From an uncultured SAR86 cluster bacterium (GTDB taxonomy: Bacteria > Pseudomonadota > Gammaproteobacteria > Magnimaribacterales > TMED112), in assembly GCA_902535365.1 (NCBI GenBank), contig CACATF010000001.1:241-64240 (forward strand): DNA of 64,000 bases. The letters run 5' to 3'. Within the stretch, counting starts at the first letter, position 1. Each line of letters starts with the position of its first letter. The position numbers and the translations under genes are program-made. The notes beneath the pieces were generated by a model. That model was not told the origin of the DNA and searched no databases. It saw only the letters and a program-made list of their open reading frames with translations. Below, in pieces: positions 1 to 12,056 of the stretch.

Positions 1-1907
<1,907 letters not shown>

Positions 1908-1926
1908 TCAAATGCAATAAAATTTA

Positions 1927-1951
1927 GGGCTCCTTCGGGAGCCCTTTTTTT
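1927..1951. terminator. bidirectional rho-independent terminator between convergent katG and DUF4177 gene
   Basis: GGGCTCC-TTCG-GGAGCCC hairpin (1927-1944) followed by a T-run. It is a GC-rich island in AT-rich DNA. Confidence 0.8.
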
Positions 1952-2177
1952 ATAATTGTCTTCTAAAATATGCAGATGAGTCAGCATCAATAGAAACTAG
2001 CTCCCATCCATCACTACCATATTTATTTAAAACTATATTCCTCATCTCAAGTTTCCAATCAACATTTTTGTGATTGGCTTTGAATTCTTCGGTCTCTGGA
2101 TTAGAAAAACCCATAGAAGTAGAGTTGCTTAAATCAACTATTTTATATTCCCAATTATTGCCCATTTTTTCCTCCAA
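1950..2177 (-). CDS. small DUF4177-like protein
   Basis: 75-aa ORF with WEYKIV...LNKYGSDGWELVSI...YFRRQL, the pattern I associate with DUF4177. An SD-like GGAGGAAAAA lies upstream of the ATG. Confidence 0.55.
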   Translation of the reverse strand: MEEKMGNNWEYKIVDLSNSTSMGFSNPETEEFKANHKNVDWKLEMRNIVLNKYGSDGWELVSIDADSSAYFRRQL

Positions 2178-2250
2178 TATAAAAAAACTATTTTATTATT
2201 TTCTTTTAGAAAACAATAGTTAGTAAGCTTTAATGTTTTAAAATAAAGCC

Positions 2251-2718
2251 ATGAACAAAATCCAATTATCTTTTATCTTGCTATTAGCAACACCATTATT
2301 TGCAGCTGATAATGATGTGAGTGTAAATTCTAAAAGCAATCTTTTACTTGTGCACAAAACGCCTACTTGTGGCTGCTGTAAAGAATGGGTTAAGCATGCC
2401 AAAAACCATGGCTTTAATGTCACTACTCAAGATCATCAAAGTTTAGAGAAAATCAAATCAATGTATAAGATTACTCCTGAATATAGATCTTGCCATACTA
2501 CTGTATCTTCTAATGGCTTTGTTTTTGAAGGACATATACCAAGCAAATATATAGAAAAGTTTTTATCTGAAGATCATCCAAATGCTATTGGTTTGACAGT
2601 TCCTGGCATGCCTTTAGGTTCACCTGGGATGGATTTTGGTGATAGATTCATGCCTTATGATGTTCTAATTCTTTTTAAAGACGGAACAAGTAAAGTTTAC
2701 GCAGAAATAAGAAAATAA
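2251..2718 (+). CDS. DUF411/CopG-like periplasmic metal-binding protein
   Basis: Signal peptide, then a CGCCxxW motif, FEGHIP and GLTVPGMPLGSPGM, which are typical of the DUF411 (CopG) family. Confidence 0.75.
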   Translation: MNKIQLSFILLLATPLFAADNDVSVNSKSNLLLVHKTPTCGCCKEWVKHAKNHGFNVTTQDHQSLEKIKSMYKITPEYRSCHTTVSSNGFVFEGHIPSKYIEKFLSEDHPNAIGLTVPGMPLGSPGMDFGDRFMPYDVLILFKDGTSKVYAEIRK

Positions 2719-2729
2719 AGTTAATTGAA

Positions 2730-2806
2730 TGGTGGGCCCGCCAGGACTCGAACCTGGGACCAATGGATTATGAGTCCACTGCTCTAACCAACTGAGCTAC
2801 AGGCCC
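2730..2806 (-). tRNA. tRNA with CAU anticodon (Met-type; probably tRNA-Ile2, lysidine-modified)
   Basis: The reverse complement folds as a 77-nt cloverleaf: GGGCCTG/TA/GCTC-AGTTGGTTA-GAGC/A/GTGGA-CTCATAA-TCCAT/TGGTC/CCAGG-TTCGAGT-CCTGG/CGGGCCC/A/CCA. CCA is encoded. It has C4-G69 and C5-G68 and lies just downstream of rpoD, as ileX does in E. coli. Confidence 0.93.
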
Positions 2807-2851
2807 GCCAGAAGATGTAGTCTATAACTTTTTTGAATTTTAAAAAAGGAC

Positions 2852-4663
2852 TTACTCGTGTAAGAAACTCTTTAAAACATCTGATCTTGATGGATGTCTT
2901 AATTTTCGAAGAGCTTTTGCTTCAATCTGTCTAATTCTTTCTCGAGTTACATCAAATTGTTTGCCAACTTCTTCCAATGTATGGTCATTATTCATGCCAA
3001 TACCAAATCTCATTCTGAGAACTTTGGCTTCTCTCACAGTTAGAGATGCAAGTATTTCATCGGTAGCATCTTTTAACCCTCTTATCGATGCATCGTCAAT
3101 CGGTGAATTAATAGATGTATCTTCTAAGAAATCGCCTAAATTTGAATCTTCATCATCACCAATTGGAGTTTCCATTGAAATTGGTTCTTTTGCGATTTTC
3201 ATAACTTTGCGCATCTTGTCTTCAGGTATATCAAGCCTCTTGGACATCTCTTCAGGGGTAGGCTCTCTACCAATCTCCTGCATCATCTGTCTAGAAAGTC
3301 TATTAAGTTTATTGATTGTTTCTATCATATGAACTGGGATTCTTATTGTTCTCGCCTGGTCTGCAATTGACCTTGTAATTGCCTGCCTAATCCACCAAGT
3401 TGCGTAAGTTGAAAATTTATAACCACGTCTATATTCAAACTTATCAACAGCTTTCATTAATCCAATATTTCCTTCCTGAATAAGATCAAGAAACTGCAAG
3501 CCTCTGTTTGTGTATTTCTTTGCAATAGATATCACAAGCCTTAAGTTTGCTTCGATCATTTCTTTTTTAGCTCTAAGCAGCCTACGATAAGCTTTACCAA
3601 TTCTCTTATTCAGAGAAATAATTTGAGTCACAGGCATTAAATTATTTTCATCAATTTTAATTAGATCTTTTTGGATTCGAGTAAATGTTGGCTTGATCTC
3701 TTCGATGTCTTTCTTTTTAAATCTTTTGTCTTTAGCTAATTTTGTTAAAAGCCTGACGTTAATTAGATTATCCTCAATAAGCTCTCTAGCTTCTTTTCTT
3801 GGTACCTTAATGTTTTTTACCAACATGGTTTTTAATTCTTTCTCAAAACCACCAACTAGTTGTTTTTTCTCAGCAGGTATTAGAACTAAGGTATCGAAAA
3901 CTTTTGAATTGAACTTAATTGTTTGAAATTCAAGCTTTAGCTTATCAAGTGCTTTTTGTCCTTTCTCATCAAGTTTTGCATTGCTGAGCGATTTTAAATA
4001 CTTGTTATACTCTCTTTTGATAATTTTTATTTTTGCTTCGCACTCTTCGAATGAAATAACATTAGCTTCTTCTTCTTCCTCAGAATCTTCTTCTACTTCA
4101 ATTTCTTGATCTGCATCAAAGGACTCTTCAGCAACCTCTGTTTCAGGCTCATCTATCATGAAACCTGATATTAAATCTTGAGTCTTCTTCTCTCCATCTT
4201 TTATTCGTTTAAAGAAATCGAGAACATATTCAATACATAATGGATATTCTGCACACAAAGATAATACTTCCTTCATCGCAGCCTCAATTCTTTTTGCAAT
4301 ATCAATCTCTCCAGTTTTTGTTAGGAGGTCAACACTACCCATTTCACGCATATACATTCTTACTGGATCCGTTGTTCTTCCAGATTCAATTTCAGTTTGT
4401 GAAAGAGCTGCTACTGCATCTTCAGCTGCTAACTCATCTGTTTCCTCATCTTCGCCGAGCATAAGTTCATCTTGATCAGGTGTGTTTTCAAAAACCTTAA
4501 TACCCATATCTCCGAGAACTTGAATAATCTCTTCAAAATTATCTTCATCGGTAGACCCATCTGGAAGGGTATCTGTAATATCTGAATGTGTTAAATAACC
4601 TTGTTCGCGCCCTAACTGAATTAACTGGGCTATATCATTTGCTGGTGTGCTTTTTTCTGACAT
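2852..4663 (-). CDS. rpoD: RNA polymerase sigma-70 factor RpoD
   Basis: 603 aa. Contains an acidic spacer, region 2 ([52 protein letters not shown]) and region 4 ([28 protein letters not shown]). Confidence 0.97.
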   Translation of the reverse strand: MSEKSTPANDIAQLIQLGREQGYLTHSDITDTLPDGSTDEDNFEEIIQVLGDMGIKVFENTPDQDELMLGEDEETDELAAEDAVAALSQTEIESGRTTDPVRMYMREMGSVDLLTKTGEIDIAKRIEAAMKEVLSLCAEYPLCIEYVLDFFKRIKDGEKKTQDLISGFMIDEPETEVAEESFDADQEIEVEEDSEEEEEANVISFEECEAKIKIIKREYNKYLKSLSNAKLDEKGQKALDKLKLEFQTIKFNSKVFDTLVLIPAEKKQLVGGFEKELKTMLVKNIKVPRKEARELIEDNLINVRLLTKLAKDKRFKKKDIEEIKPTFTRIQKDLIKIDENNLMPVTQIISLNKRIGKAYRRLLRAKKEMIEANLRLVISIAKKYTNRGLQFLDLIQEGNIGLMKAVDKFEYRRGYKFSTYATWWIRQAITRSIADQARTIRIPVHMIETINKLNRLSRQMMQEIGREPTPEEMSKRLDIPEDKMRKVMKIAKEPISMETPIGDDEDSNLGDFLEDTSINSPIDDASIRGLKDATDEILASLTVREAKVLRMRFGIGMNNDHTLEEVGKQFDVTRERIRQIEAKALRKLRHPSRSDVLKSFLHE

Positions 4664-4694
4664 GGTCTCTTATATGTTTATTCCTGCTTAAAAA

Positions 4695-6437
4695 TCAACT
4701 GTATGTGTTGAGAAACTGTATTAACTCCTCTTCCTGAGTTGAGATATTATCACTTAAATTTAGTAACTTTTGCAGATTTTCTTTTCTTTGTTGTGTTAAA
4801 TCACGTTTTTTAGCAAGATTCTTTAAATATTCGGTAAATTCTGAGTCATTTTTTAGTCGAAGCGTATCAGCTGCTCTATCAAATTCTGCAATAGCCTCTT
4901 CATCTGTCATAGAAAACTCAACCATTGCAGCTTTTGAGTATAAAGATGTTTCTTTATGTTCTTGTCCATCAGAGGCAAGTGAAAATATTATTTTTTTAAA
5001 TTCATTAAGCTCTTCTTTCTCCATTCTTTTCAAAAAATCTAAAAAGACAGTGCTTTTTTCTCCAAGTGCAGATAAAAAATGATCATAGATGTAAATAATT
5101 AGAACAAAAACTACATCGTCATGTTTCTCAGGCGTTTTATTTCTTGGTATAACTTTTTTTGCCTGTGGAGCATCTTCTGTAAGCAATAATTCCTGACTTA
5201 TATTGAGCTCATCTGAAAACTTTTTAATCAAAGTTTGTTTAAGGGCATCTGATTTTAACGATTGAAGCAATTTCTTGAGCTCAAAAATAATTGTTCGAAT
5301 ATCTTCTGGAGAATTTAAGTCTCTGCCTCTCTTTAAGTATTGAAAAGCGAAACTTTCTAACTGCATTGATCTGCTAATTTTTTTCTCAAATTCTTCTCTA
5401 CCATTTTTTTGAATGTAAGAATCTGGATCTTCCCCTTCAGGAAGGAAAAGGAACCTAATGGTTCTGTCTTCAAATATTTGATTCAATGAAAATTGAAATG
5501 ATCGCCATGCTGCTTTCAAGCCTGCTTCATCTGAATCAAAACAAAAAACTATTTTTTTCTTGAGTTTAAAAAGGTTTTGAAGGTGTGCCAATGAAAATGC
5601 TGTTCCCAATGACGCTACTGCATTATTTACATCATGTTGAGACAACATAATGACATCCATATATCCCTCTGTAACGATAAAGTAATCACTTTTATGGTCT
5701 TGTTTAGCATTGTTAAATCCATAAAGCTCTCTTGATTTATTAAAAAAAGGACTATCTTTTGAATTCAAATATTTTGGCAAGGAATCATCGATCGTTCTGC
5801 CACCAAATCCAATAATATTTCCTGAATGATTTTTTATGGGGAACATTAACCTTTTTCTGTAAAAGGGATAAATACCCTTTTCATTTTTTAAAAAGTTGCC
5901 ACTTTTTAGAATTGTCTCTTCACTAAATTTTTCTTTTAATTTTGCTAACAAATCATGTTGATCGAAGTCTGCATAACCAATGGTAAATTTCTTTGCTGTT
6001 TCGCCATTGACCCCTCTTTGCTTCAAGTAATCTACAACAAACTCATATTTTTTATTTTTTAAAGCAGAAAAGTAGAAGTCTGCGATCATATTATTTAATT
6101 CATAAATTTCTGAATGATCAGGTCTATTTGAATTTGAACTCCTTGGGACAGTTACATTATTAAATTCTGCTAGCCTCTCTACAGCTTCAACAAAATTTAA
6201 GCCTTCATATTCTTGTAAAAAAGTAATGACGTTACCACCTTTTCCGCATCCAAAACAATGATAAATTTGCTTTTGAGGGCTTACTGTAAAGGATGGAGTT
6301 TTTTCATCGTGAAAAGGACAATGAGTAATGTAATTTGAGCTTCTTTTAGTAAGTTTGAGATAATTGCTTAATACTGCAACTATGTCAGAGTCGCTAACAA
6401 GCTGATCGATAAACTCTCTTGGTATTGAACTACCCAT
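4695..6437 (-). CDS. dnaG: DNA primase DnaG
   Basis: Zinc finger CPFHDEKTPSFTV...YHCFGCGKGGN and a TOPRIM region. The ATG at 6437 gives MGSSIPREFID, matching the E. coli MAGRIPRVFIN. The track start at 6461 is a TTG. Confidence 0.94.
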   Translation of the reverse strand: MGSSIPREFIDQLVSDSDIVAVLSNYLKLTKRSSNYITHCPFHDEKTPSFTVSPQKQIYHCFGCGKGGNVITFLQEYEGLNFVEAVERLAEFNNVTVPRSSNSNRPDHSEIYELNNMIADFYFSALKNKKYEFVVDYLKQRGVNGETAKKFTIGYADFDQHDLLAKLKEKFSEETILKSGNFLKNEKGIYPFYRKRLMFPIKNHSGNIIGFGGRTIDDSLPKYLNSKDSPFFNKSRELYGFNNAKQDHKSDYFIVTEGYMDVIMLSQHDVNNAVASLGTAFSLAHLQNLFKLKKKIVFCFDSDEAGLKAAWRSFQFSLNQIFEDRTIRFLFLPEGEDPDSYIQKNGREEFEKKISRSMQLESFAFQYLKRGRDLNSPEDIRTIIFELKKLLQSLKSDALKQTLIKKFSDELNISQELLLTEDAPQAKKVIPRNKTPEKHDDVVFVLIIYIYDHFLSALGEKSTVFLDFLKRMEKEELNEFKKIIFSLASDGQEHKETSLYSKAAMVEFSMTDEEAIAEFDRAADTLRLKNDSEFTEYLKNLAKKRDLTQQRKENLQKLLNLSDNISTQEEELIQFLNTYS

Positions 6438-6819
6438 AGTTTTGGTTGAACCACCCCTCAAAAATTAATTCAGCAGATTTAGAATCAAAATCTTCATTCT
6501 CTTTTTTATTTGCTACTGCCTGGCTTGTAAAGTCTTCCTCTGCTTCGACTATCTTGATTCTATATTTGTCCTCAAACTCTGTTATGAATTTCTTAATAGA
6601 TTTTAAAAATTCATCAGATGCTTTTGATGGAACTCCAATTAGACATAGATTAGGTAGCCAGTCCGCAATTATTTTATCGAAGTCATCAAATATATTTTTA
6701 TTATTTTCAACCACCGGCAAAGCTTTAGAGTGGCCAGTCATAGTTTCAGATATACAGACACCAATTTTTTTGGTTCCATAGTCAATCGTCAGTACTACTT
6801 TGGCTTCTTTTTGCTCCAT
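6430..6819 (-). CDS. ruvX: Holliday junction resolvase-like / pre-16S rRNA nuclease RuvX (YqgF)
   Basis: 129 aa with IDYGTKKIGV at the N-terminus and an EDFTS motif. It lies downstream of gshB, as in E. coli gshB-yqgE-yqgF. Confidence 0.85.
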   Translation of the reverse strand: MEQKEAKVVLTIDYGTKKIGVCISETMTGHSKALPVVENNKNIFDDFDKIIADWLPNLCLIGVPSKASDEFLKSIKKFITEFEDKYRIKIVEAEEDFTSQAVANKKENEDFDSKSAELIFEGWFNQNYG

Positions 6820-7751
6820 TAGTTTGTACTTTTTAGATTATCCCAGAAAATTGCAGCTGGATTTAGATCTGAATTATTGTGAATTTCCTGCAAACAAGTT
6901 GGAGAAGTGATGTTGATCTCAGATAGTTTGGTGCCCAATAAATCAGCTCCAGCAAAATATATATTATTGTCTTTTAGGAAAGGAATAATCATCTCTGCTA
7001 GTGCAATATCGTCATCATTAACTGTTTCAATTACAGATGTTGCCCCAACAGCAAGGTTACCTCTAAAATCACTATCTGACGGAACCCTTACAACTTTTTT
7101 AGGAAGAAGTTCGTAGTTAATAAATGTAAGTCTATTATCTCCATTCACAGCTTCAGGTACATACTCTTGGGCAATTACATGCTTTCTGCCATTTTGAGTA
7201 ATGGTTTCCCAAATTACATTTAAATTTTTATCATTTTTTTCAACGTAAAAAATCGACTTCCCACCCATTCCATCCAGTGGTTTGATCACAATCTTCCTTC
7301 TGTCATCAGTCATAAAATTTGTGATTTCTTCCACAGAGTTTGTTACCAATGTCTCAGGAATTAATTCTGGGAAATTTAAGATAATGAGTTTTTCGTTATG
7401 TTCTCTTAGAGATCTAGCAGAATTAATGCACTCTATTCCAGATAATTCTAGGAGTTGTGTAAGGTATAGGTACTCTTTGTTGAATGGTGGGTCGACCCTA
7501 TTAACTACAAGATCTAAATCATTTATTGAAAGTTGTTTCTTTGCCTCAGTTGAATAAGTAAAGTCAGCTTCATTTTCAAATTTGATTTGATGAGCATGCG
7601 CATACAAAGAGTTTTGTTTGAAAGTTACATCACTTACATCAAAAAAATAGACAGTATGGCCTCTCTTAAAAGCCTCTTTCATTAAATAGATCGATGTATC
7701 TTTTTTATCATTAATCGATACAAAGTTACTTACGATAAAACCTACTTCCAT
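6819..7751 (-). CDS. gshB: glutathione synthetase
   Basis: Alignable by eye to E. coli GshB: VDPPFNKEYLY, NEKL, IKPLDGMGGKSIF, RGNLAVGA, LSEINITSPTC. Confidence 0.93.
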   Translation of the reverse strand: MEVGFIVSNFVSINDKKDTSIYLMKEAFKRGHTVYFFDVSDVTFKQNSLYAHAHQIKFENEADFTYSTEAKKQLSINDLDLVVNRVDPPFNKEYLYLTQLLELSGIECINSARSLREHNEKLIILNFPELIPETLVTNSVEEITNFMTDDRRKIVIKPLDGMGGKSIFYVEKNDKNLNVIWETITQNGRKHVIAQEYVPEAVNGDNRLTFINYELLPKKVVRVPSDSDFRGNLAVGATSVIETVNDDDIALAEMIIPFLKDNNIYFAGADLLGTKLSEINITSPTCLQEIHNNSDLNPAAIFWDNLKSTN

Positions 7752-7754
7752 AAA

Positions 7755-8438
7755 TTAAAAACTAATCCTAGATAGAGCTACTATTGGTGCAGTTTCAGCT
7801 CTCAGAATATTTTCTCCTAGATTATAATAATTGACTTTTGCATCTTGAAGAAACTCTTTTTCATCATCAGAGAAACCAAATTCACCACCAGTAATAAAGA
7901 CTGCACATTTAGAGTCTGATGAGAATGGTGCATCTGAGCCTAACTCTAACGCACATACGCTTTCAAATTTCGAAAAATCAATCTCCTTAATATTGTTTAC
8001 TATATGCAAAGCAGGAGGGAAAAAGTTTTCTGACTGATGTGCTGCTGAGTTAATAATCTCAAGATATCGATCAATTTTACTCAGCTCTTTTGAATGGCTG
8101 TAGAGATGTTTTGACTTATCAGATACATAAGCATGTATTGCTCCCACTCCAAGCTCTGTTAGTTTTTGAACTAAAAATTCAAATCTAGCTTTTTTTAAAA
8201 TTGGAACAACGGCTGTTATGAAGTTTTTTCTCTTTTTAGTCTCTTTGTCTATAAGACTTACGGCATCCTTTCCATTGAATAGGCCCGACCATCTTGTTCC
8301 ATCTCCATCATAAATAAATACTGAATCATTTAAGCCCATTTTTAATACTTTTTTAAAGTAATGTATTTGACTATTGTCTAAAAAATGATCAATATTTTTA
8401 TCTAGTTTTTTTTTGAGGAATAAAGATGCTGTTTTCAT
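7755..8438 (-). CDS. rsmE: 16S rRNA (uracil1498-N3)-methyltransferase RsmE
   Basis: RFEFLVQKLTELGV and C-terminal LGENILRAETAPIVALS motifs. The ATG at 8438 is preferred over the TTG at 8450. Confidence 0.85.
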   Translation of the reverse strand: MKTASLFLKKKLDKNIDHFLDNSQIHYFKKVLKMGLNDSVFIYDGDGTRWSGLFNGKDAVSLIDKETKKRKNFITAVVPILKKARFEFLVQKLTELGVGAIHAYVSDKSKHLYSHSKELSKIDRYLEIINSAAHQSENFFPPALHIVNNIKEIDFSKFESVCALELGSDAPFSSDSKCAVFITGGEFGFSDDEKEFLQDAKVNYYNLGENILRAETAPIVALSRISF

Positions 8439-8462
8439 ATCGAACAGCAATTATATCATTTG

Positions 8463-8714
8463 ATGTCTAACGAGTTTAATACAAAGAAAAGGAGCCTGAG
8501 AGGCGAGGTAAAAAGAGCGATAAAAAGATATTACCGCAATCTGGATGGAGAAAATCCAATAGAACTATATGAGCTTACATTAAGCCAAATAGAACCGCCT
8601 TTGCTTGAAGTTGTTTTAAAGAAATGCAGAGGCAACCAATCACAAGCATGCAAAATACTTGGATTAAATAGAGGCACACTCAGAAAGAAAATGGCTAAGT
8701 ATGGACTTCTGTAA
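8463..8714 (+). CDS. fis: Fis family DNA-binding protein
   Basis: 83 aa with C-terminal HTH GNQSQACKILGLNRGTLRKKMAKYGLL. It is followed by purH-purD, as in other Gammaproteobacteria. ATG at 8463 (the track start at 8460 is TTG). Confidence 0.86.
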   Translation: MSNEFNTKKRSLRGEVKRAIKRYYRNLDGENPIELYELTLSQIEPPLLEVVLKKCRGNQSQACKILGLNRGTLRKKMAKYGLL

Positions 8715-10208
8715 ATGATAAAAATTAAAACGGCATTACTAAGTGTTTATGATAAATCCGGAATCATTTCGCTTGCTGAAACGCTCATTAAAAATCACGT
8801 AGAAATACTTTCTTCAGGTGGTACAGCTAATTTCCTTAAAGAGAATGGTATCGAAGTCACAGAAGTGTCTGATTATACAGGCTCACCCGAAATGTTTGGA
8901 GGAAGGGTTAAAACTTTACATCCTAAAATACATGCAGGAATACTTGCGAGAGATGAAAATGATATTAGTGAGCTTGAATCTATGGGTGCAAAAAAGATTG
9001 ATTTGGTTGTTGTTAATCTTTATCCATTTGGGGATGAGTTAAAGAAACCAGATGCCACAGAAAATGATCTTATTGAAAAAATTGATATTGGTGGCCCAGC
9101 AATGTTAAGAGCTGCCGCCAAAAATTATAAAAATACCGTATGCGTGTGTGATCCAAAGTACTATGATGAGATAAACCTTTCAGGAATGACTATAGAAAAG
9201 TCAAAAATGCTGGCTGGTCATATTTTTTCACATACCTCCCATTATGATTCTTTGGTTAATAGTTGGATGCATGAGGATTCAAAATCTAAATCTGAACAAG
9301 AACAAATATTAAGATATGGTGAAAATCCACACCAAGAGGCCTCTGTTACTATCACAGACGACTCACCTATTGATATCTTGAACCCATTGCAAGGGAAAGA
9401 GGTCTCATACAATAATGTCAATGATGCATTGGCGGCCGTTGCCTGTGTCAATGAATTTGCTGAACCCGCTGTGTGTATAGTCAAACATGCAAACCCATGT
9501 GGAGTAGCAGAAAGTAATAACTTATTTGACTCCTATAAAAAAGCTTTTTCTACAGACCCAACATCAGCATTTGGTGGAGTTATTGCTCTCAATCAACAAG
9601 TTGAAAGTGATTTAGCAGAATATATGATTGATAACCAATTTATTGAGGTCATAATTGCGCCCTCTTTTTCTGAAGATGCGAAAAACACGTTTTCAAAAAA
9701 ACCAAATATAAGACTATTAATTTCATCAGCTCTAAATAGCAACCTTATCGAAACTAAGACCTCATATGGAATTAAACTTACTCAAATGCAAGATAATGCA
9801 GACCCTCAAAATCATGATATCAAAATCGTTTCCAACCTAGAGCCAAGCGAAAGTGAAGAGGAAGACCTTATCTTTGCAATGAAAGTGGCAAAACATGTCA
9901 AATCAAATGCCATTGTGCTTGCTAAAAATAAAATGACAATTGGTATTGGAGCTGGGCAAATGAGTAGAGTTATTAGTACAAAAATTGCATTTATGAAAGC
10001 TAAAGAAGAAGGCCTAGATACCTCAAATTGCGTGCTTGCTTCCGATGCCTTTTTCCCATTTAGAGATAACATAGATCTTGCAGCTGAGAATGGTGCAAAA
10101 CATATCATTCAGCCAGGTGGTTCAATCAGAGACCAAGAAGTAATTGATGCAATTAATGAAAACGATATGACCATGGCAGTTACAGGAATAAGGCACTTTA
10201 AGCACTGA
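8715..10208 (+). CDS. purH: bifunctional AICAR transformylase / IMP cyclohydrolase
   Basis: 497 aa. ALLSVYDKSGI, GGRVKTLHPKIHAGIL, YNNxxD, C-terminal QPGGSIRD...GIRHFKH. Confidence 0.97.
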   Translation: MIKIKTALLSVYDKSGIISLAETLIKNHVEILSSGGTANFLKENGIEVTEVSDYTGSPEMFGGRVKTLHPKIHAGILARDENDISELESMGAKKIDLVVVNLYPFGDELKKPDATENDLIEKIDIGGPAMLRAAAKNYKNTVCVCDPKYYDEINLSGMTIEKSKMLAGHIFSHTSHYDSLVNSWMHEDSKSKSEQEQILRYGENPHQEASVTITDDSPIDILNPLQGKEVSYNNVNDALAAVACVNEFAEPAVCIVKHANPCGVAESNNLFDSYKKAFSTDPTSAFGGVIALNQQVESDLAEYMIDNQFIEVIIAPSFSEDAKNTFSKKPNIRLLISSALNSNLIETKTSYGIKLTQMQDNADPQNHDIKIVSNLEPSESEEEDLIFAMKVAKHVKSNAIVLAKNKMTIGIGAGQMSRVISTKIAFMKAKEEGLDTSNCVLASDAFFPFRDNIDLAAENGAKHIIQPGGSIRDQEVIDAINENDMTMAVTGIRHFKH

Positions 10209-11464
10209 TGAAAATATTAGTTATAGGTCAGGGTGGCAGAGAACATGCAATTGCATGGAAGTTAGCCAAGTCAAAGAGAGCTGAGGCAATTTTTGTGGCT
10301 CCAGGAAATGGTGGAACAAGCCATGAAGAGAAATGCGTAAACATTGATATCGATGTCTTAGATTTTGAAGCAATAAAACAATTTATTTTAGATCATTCGG
10401 TAAGTCTTGTAGTTGTTGGTCCCGAGGACCCATTAGTACAAGGTATTAAAGACTACCTTATCGGTTGCGATGTGATGGTATTTGGACCAGATTCAGTTGC
10501 AGCGCAATTAGAGGGCTCAAAGATTTATTCAAAAGAATTCATGTTTGAAAATAATATTCCAACAGGCGAAGCCAAATTTTTCAGTGAAGCAAGGCTTGCA
10601 AAAGAATATCTCGATAAGATCAATTTTCCAATAGTGCTTAAAGCAGATGGACTGGCGGCAGGTAAAGGCGTTCTTGTTACAGAAAATAGGCAAGAAGCTT
10701 TAGATTGGATTGATGATGTTATGGAGAATTCTAAATTTGGAGATGCTGGACAAAAAATTCTCATAGAAGAATGCCTATATGGAACGGAGTTAAGCTTTAT
10801 GGGTATTATGACGCCTGATTGTTTTATCCCTTTTGAGACAAGCATTGACTACAAGCCACTTCTTGATGGCAATAAGGGGCCTAACACTGGTGGAATGGGA
10901 TGCATGTCTCCATCTCCATTTATGAATGATGAGTTAAAGTCATATATTGTTAAAGAAGTAGTAAACCCCACAATTGACGGATTAAGAAAAAGGGGCATAA
11001 ATTATTATGGCTTCATGTATTTTGGATTGATGGTGAAAGATAACAAGCCCAAGGTATTGGAATACAACTGCAGACTTGGAGATCCTGAAACACAATGCCT
11101 CATGATGCAGATGGAATCTGATTTTCTTGAAATTCTTTTGTCTTGCCTAGAGGATAAAAAGCCTAATATTGAATGGAACACTGGGGCCTCAATGGGAGTA
11201 GTTATAGCTTCAGGTGGGTACCCAAACGCATACCAAAAAGGTGAAAAAATTACTTTGGGAGATGTTGGAGACTGCAAACTTTTTCATGCAGGCACACAAT
11301 CTCTCAATAATGAACTGGTTACATCTGGAGGAAGAGTATTTTCATTAAACTACCAAAGCAAAACCATTGATGATTGCAAAAAATATATCTATGAGAAGAT
11401 TTCGTCTGTTGATTTTTCTAACTGTATTCATAGAACTGATATAGGAGATATATATGAGTCTTAA
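10208..11464 (+). CDS. purD: phosphoribosylamine-glycine ligase
   Basis: MKILVIGQGGREHAIAWKL, ADGLAAGKGV, EYNCRLGDPETQ. The start overlaps the purH stop (TGATG). Confidence 0.97.
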   Translation: MKILVIGQGGREHAIAWKLAKSKRAEAIFVAPGNGGTSHEEKCVNIDIDVLDFEAIKQFILDHSVSLVVVGPEDPLVQGIKDYLIGCDVMVFGPDSVAAQLEGSKIYSKEFMFENNIPTGEAKFFSEARLAKEYLDKINFPIVLKADGLAAGKGVLVTENRQEALDWIDDVMENSKFGDAGQKILIEECLYGTELSFMGIMTPDCFIPFETSIDYKPLLDGNKGPNTGGMGCMSPSPFMNDELKSYIVKEVVNPTIDGLRKRGINYYGFMYFGLMVKDNKPKVLEYNCRLGDPETQCLMMQMESDFLEILLSCLEDKKPNIEWNTGASMGVVIASGGYPNAYQKGEKITLGDVGDCKLFHAGTQSLNNELVTSGGRVFSLNYQSKTIDDCKKYIYEKISSVDFSNCIHRTDIGDIYES

Positions 11465-12056
11465 TGACAAGATTGCTCAAGAGCTTAATCACTTTTTAAA
11501 AATCATCAACTACAAAGATTCAGCACAACCCGATGAATCATTAAATGACGAGGATAAGAAAAAGTCGATCTCATTAATGAGGGTAAATGCTTCTGGAGAA
11601 GTATCTGCACAGGCCCTTTATAGAGGACAAGCTTTCTTTTCAAAAACTCCAAAAGTTAAAGAGCATTTGATAAAAGCAGGTGATGAGGAATTTGTTCACT
11701 TGGAATGGTGCACAAAAAGGCTTGAAGAGCTTGGCGGCAAAAAATCCATTCTTGACCCTCTGTACTATGCAGGATCGTTCACCTTGGGATCTATTGCTGG
11801 TCTTATTGGTGATGGAACAAGCTTAGGGTTTGTAGAAGAAACAGAGAAACAAGTTGTTGAGCATTTGAAAAGACATCTAAATGAGATGTCACCAAATGAT
11901 AAAAAAAGTCGGGAGATTTTAGAAAAAATGTTGGAAGAGGAAGAAATGCATGGTCAAGAAGCAAAAGATCATGGAAGCACTGAACTTCCTGGTCCTGTTA
12001 AAGGGGTGATGACAGCTACATCTAAAATTATGACAACGCTAAGCAGATATATTTAA
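11454..12056 (+). CDS. coq7: 2-nonaprenyl-3-methyl-6-methoxy-1,4-benzoquinol hydroxylase (di-iron Coq7)
   Basis: Alignable to Pseudomonas Coq7: MRVNASGEVSAQALYRGQ, EEFVHLEW, EETEKQV, EEEEMHG (ExxH di-iron ligands). Confidence 0.9.
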   Translation: MSLNDKIAQELNHFLKIINYKDSAQPDESLNDEDKKKSISLMRVNASGEVSAQALYRGQAFFSKTPKVKEHLIKAGDEEFVHLEWCTKRLEELGGKKSILDPLYYAGSFTLGSIAGLIGDGTSLGFVEETEKQVVEHLKRHLNEMSPNDKKSREILEKMLEEEEMHGQEAKDHGSTELPGPVKGVMTATSKIMTTLSRYI

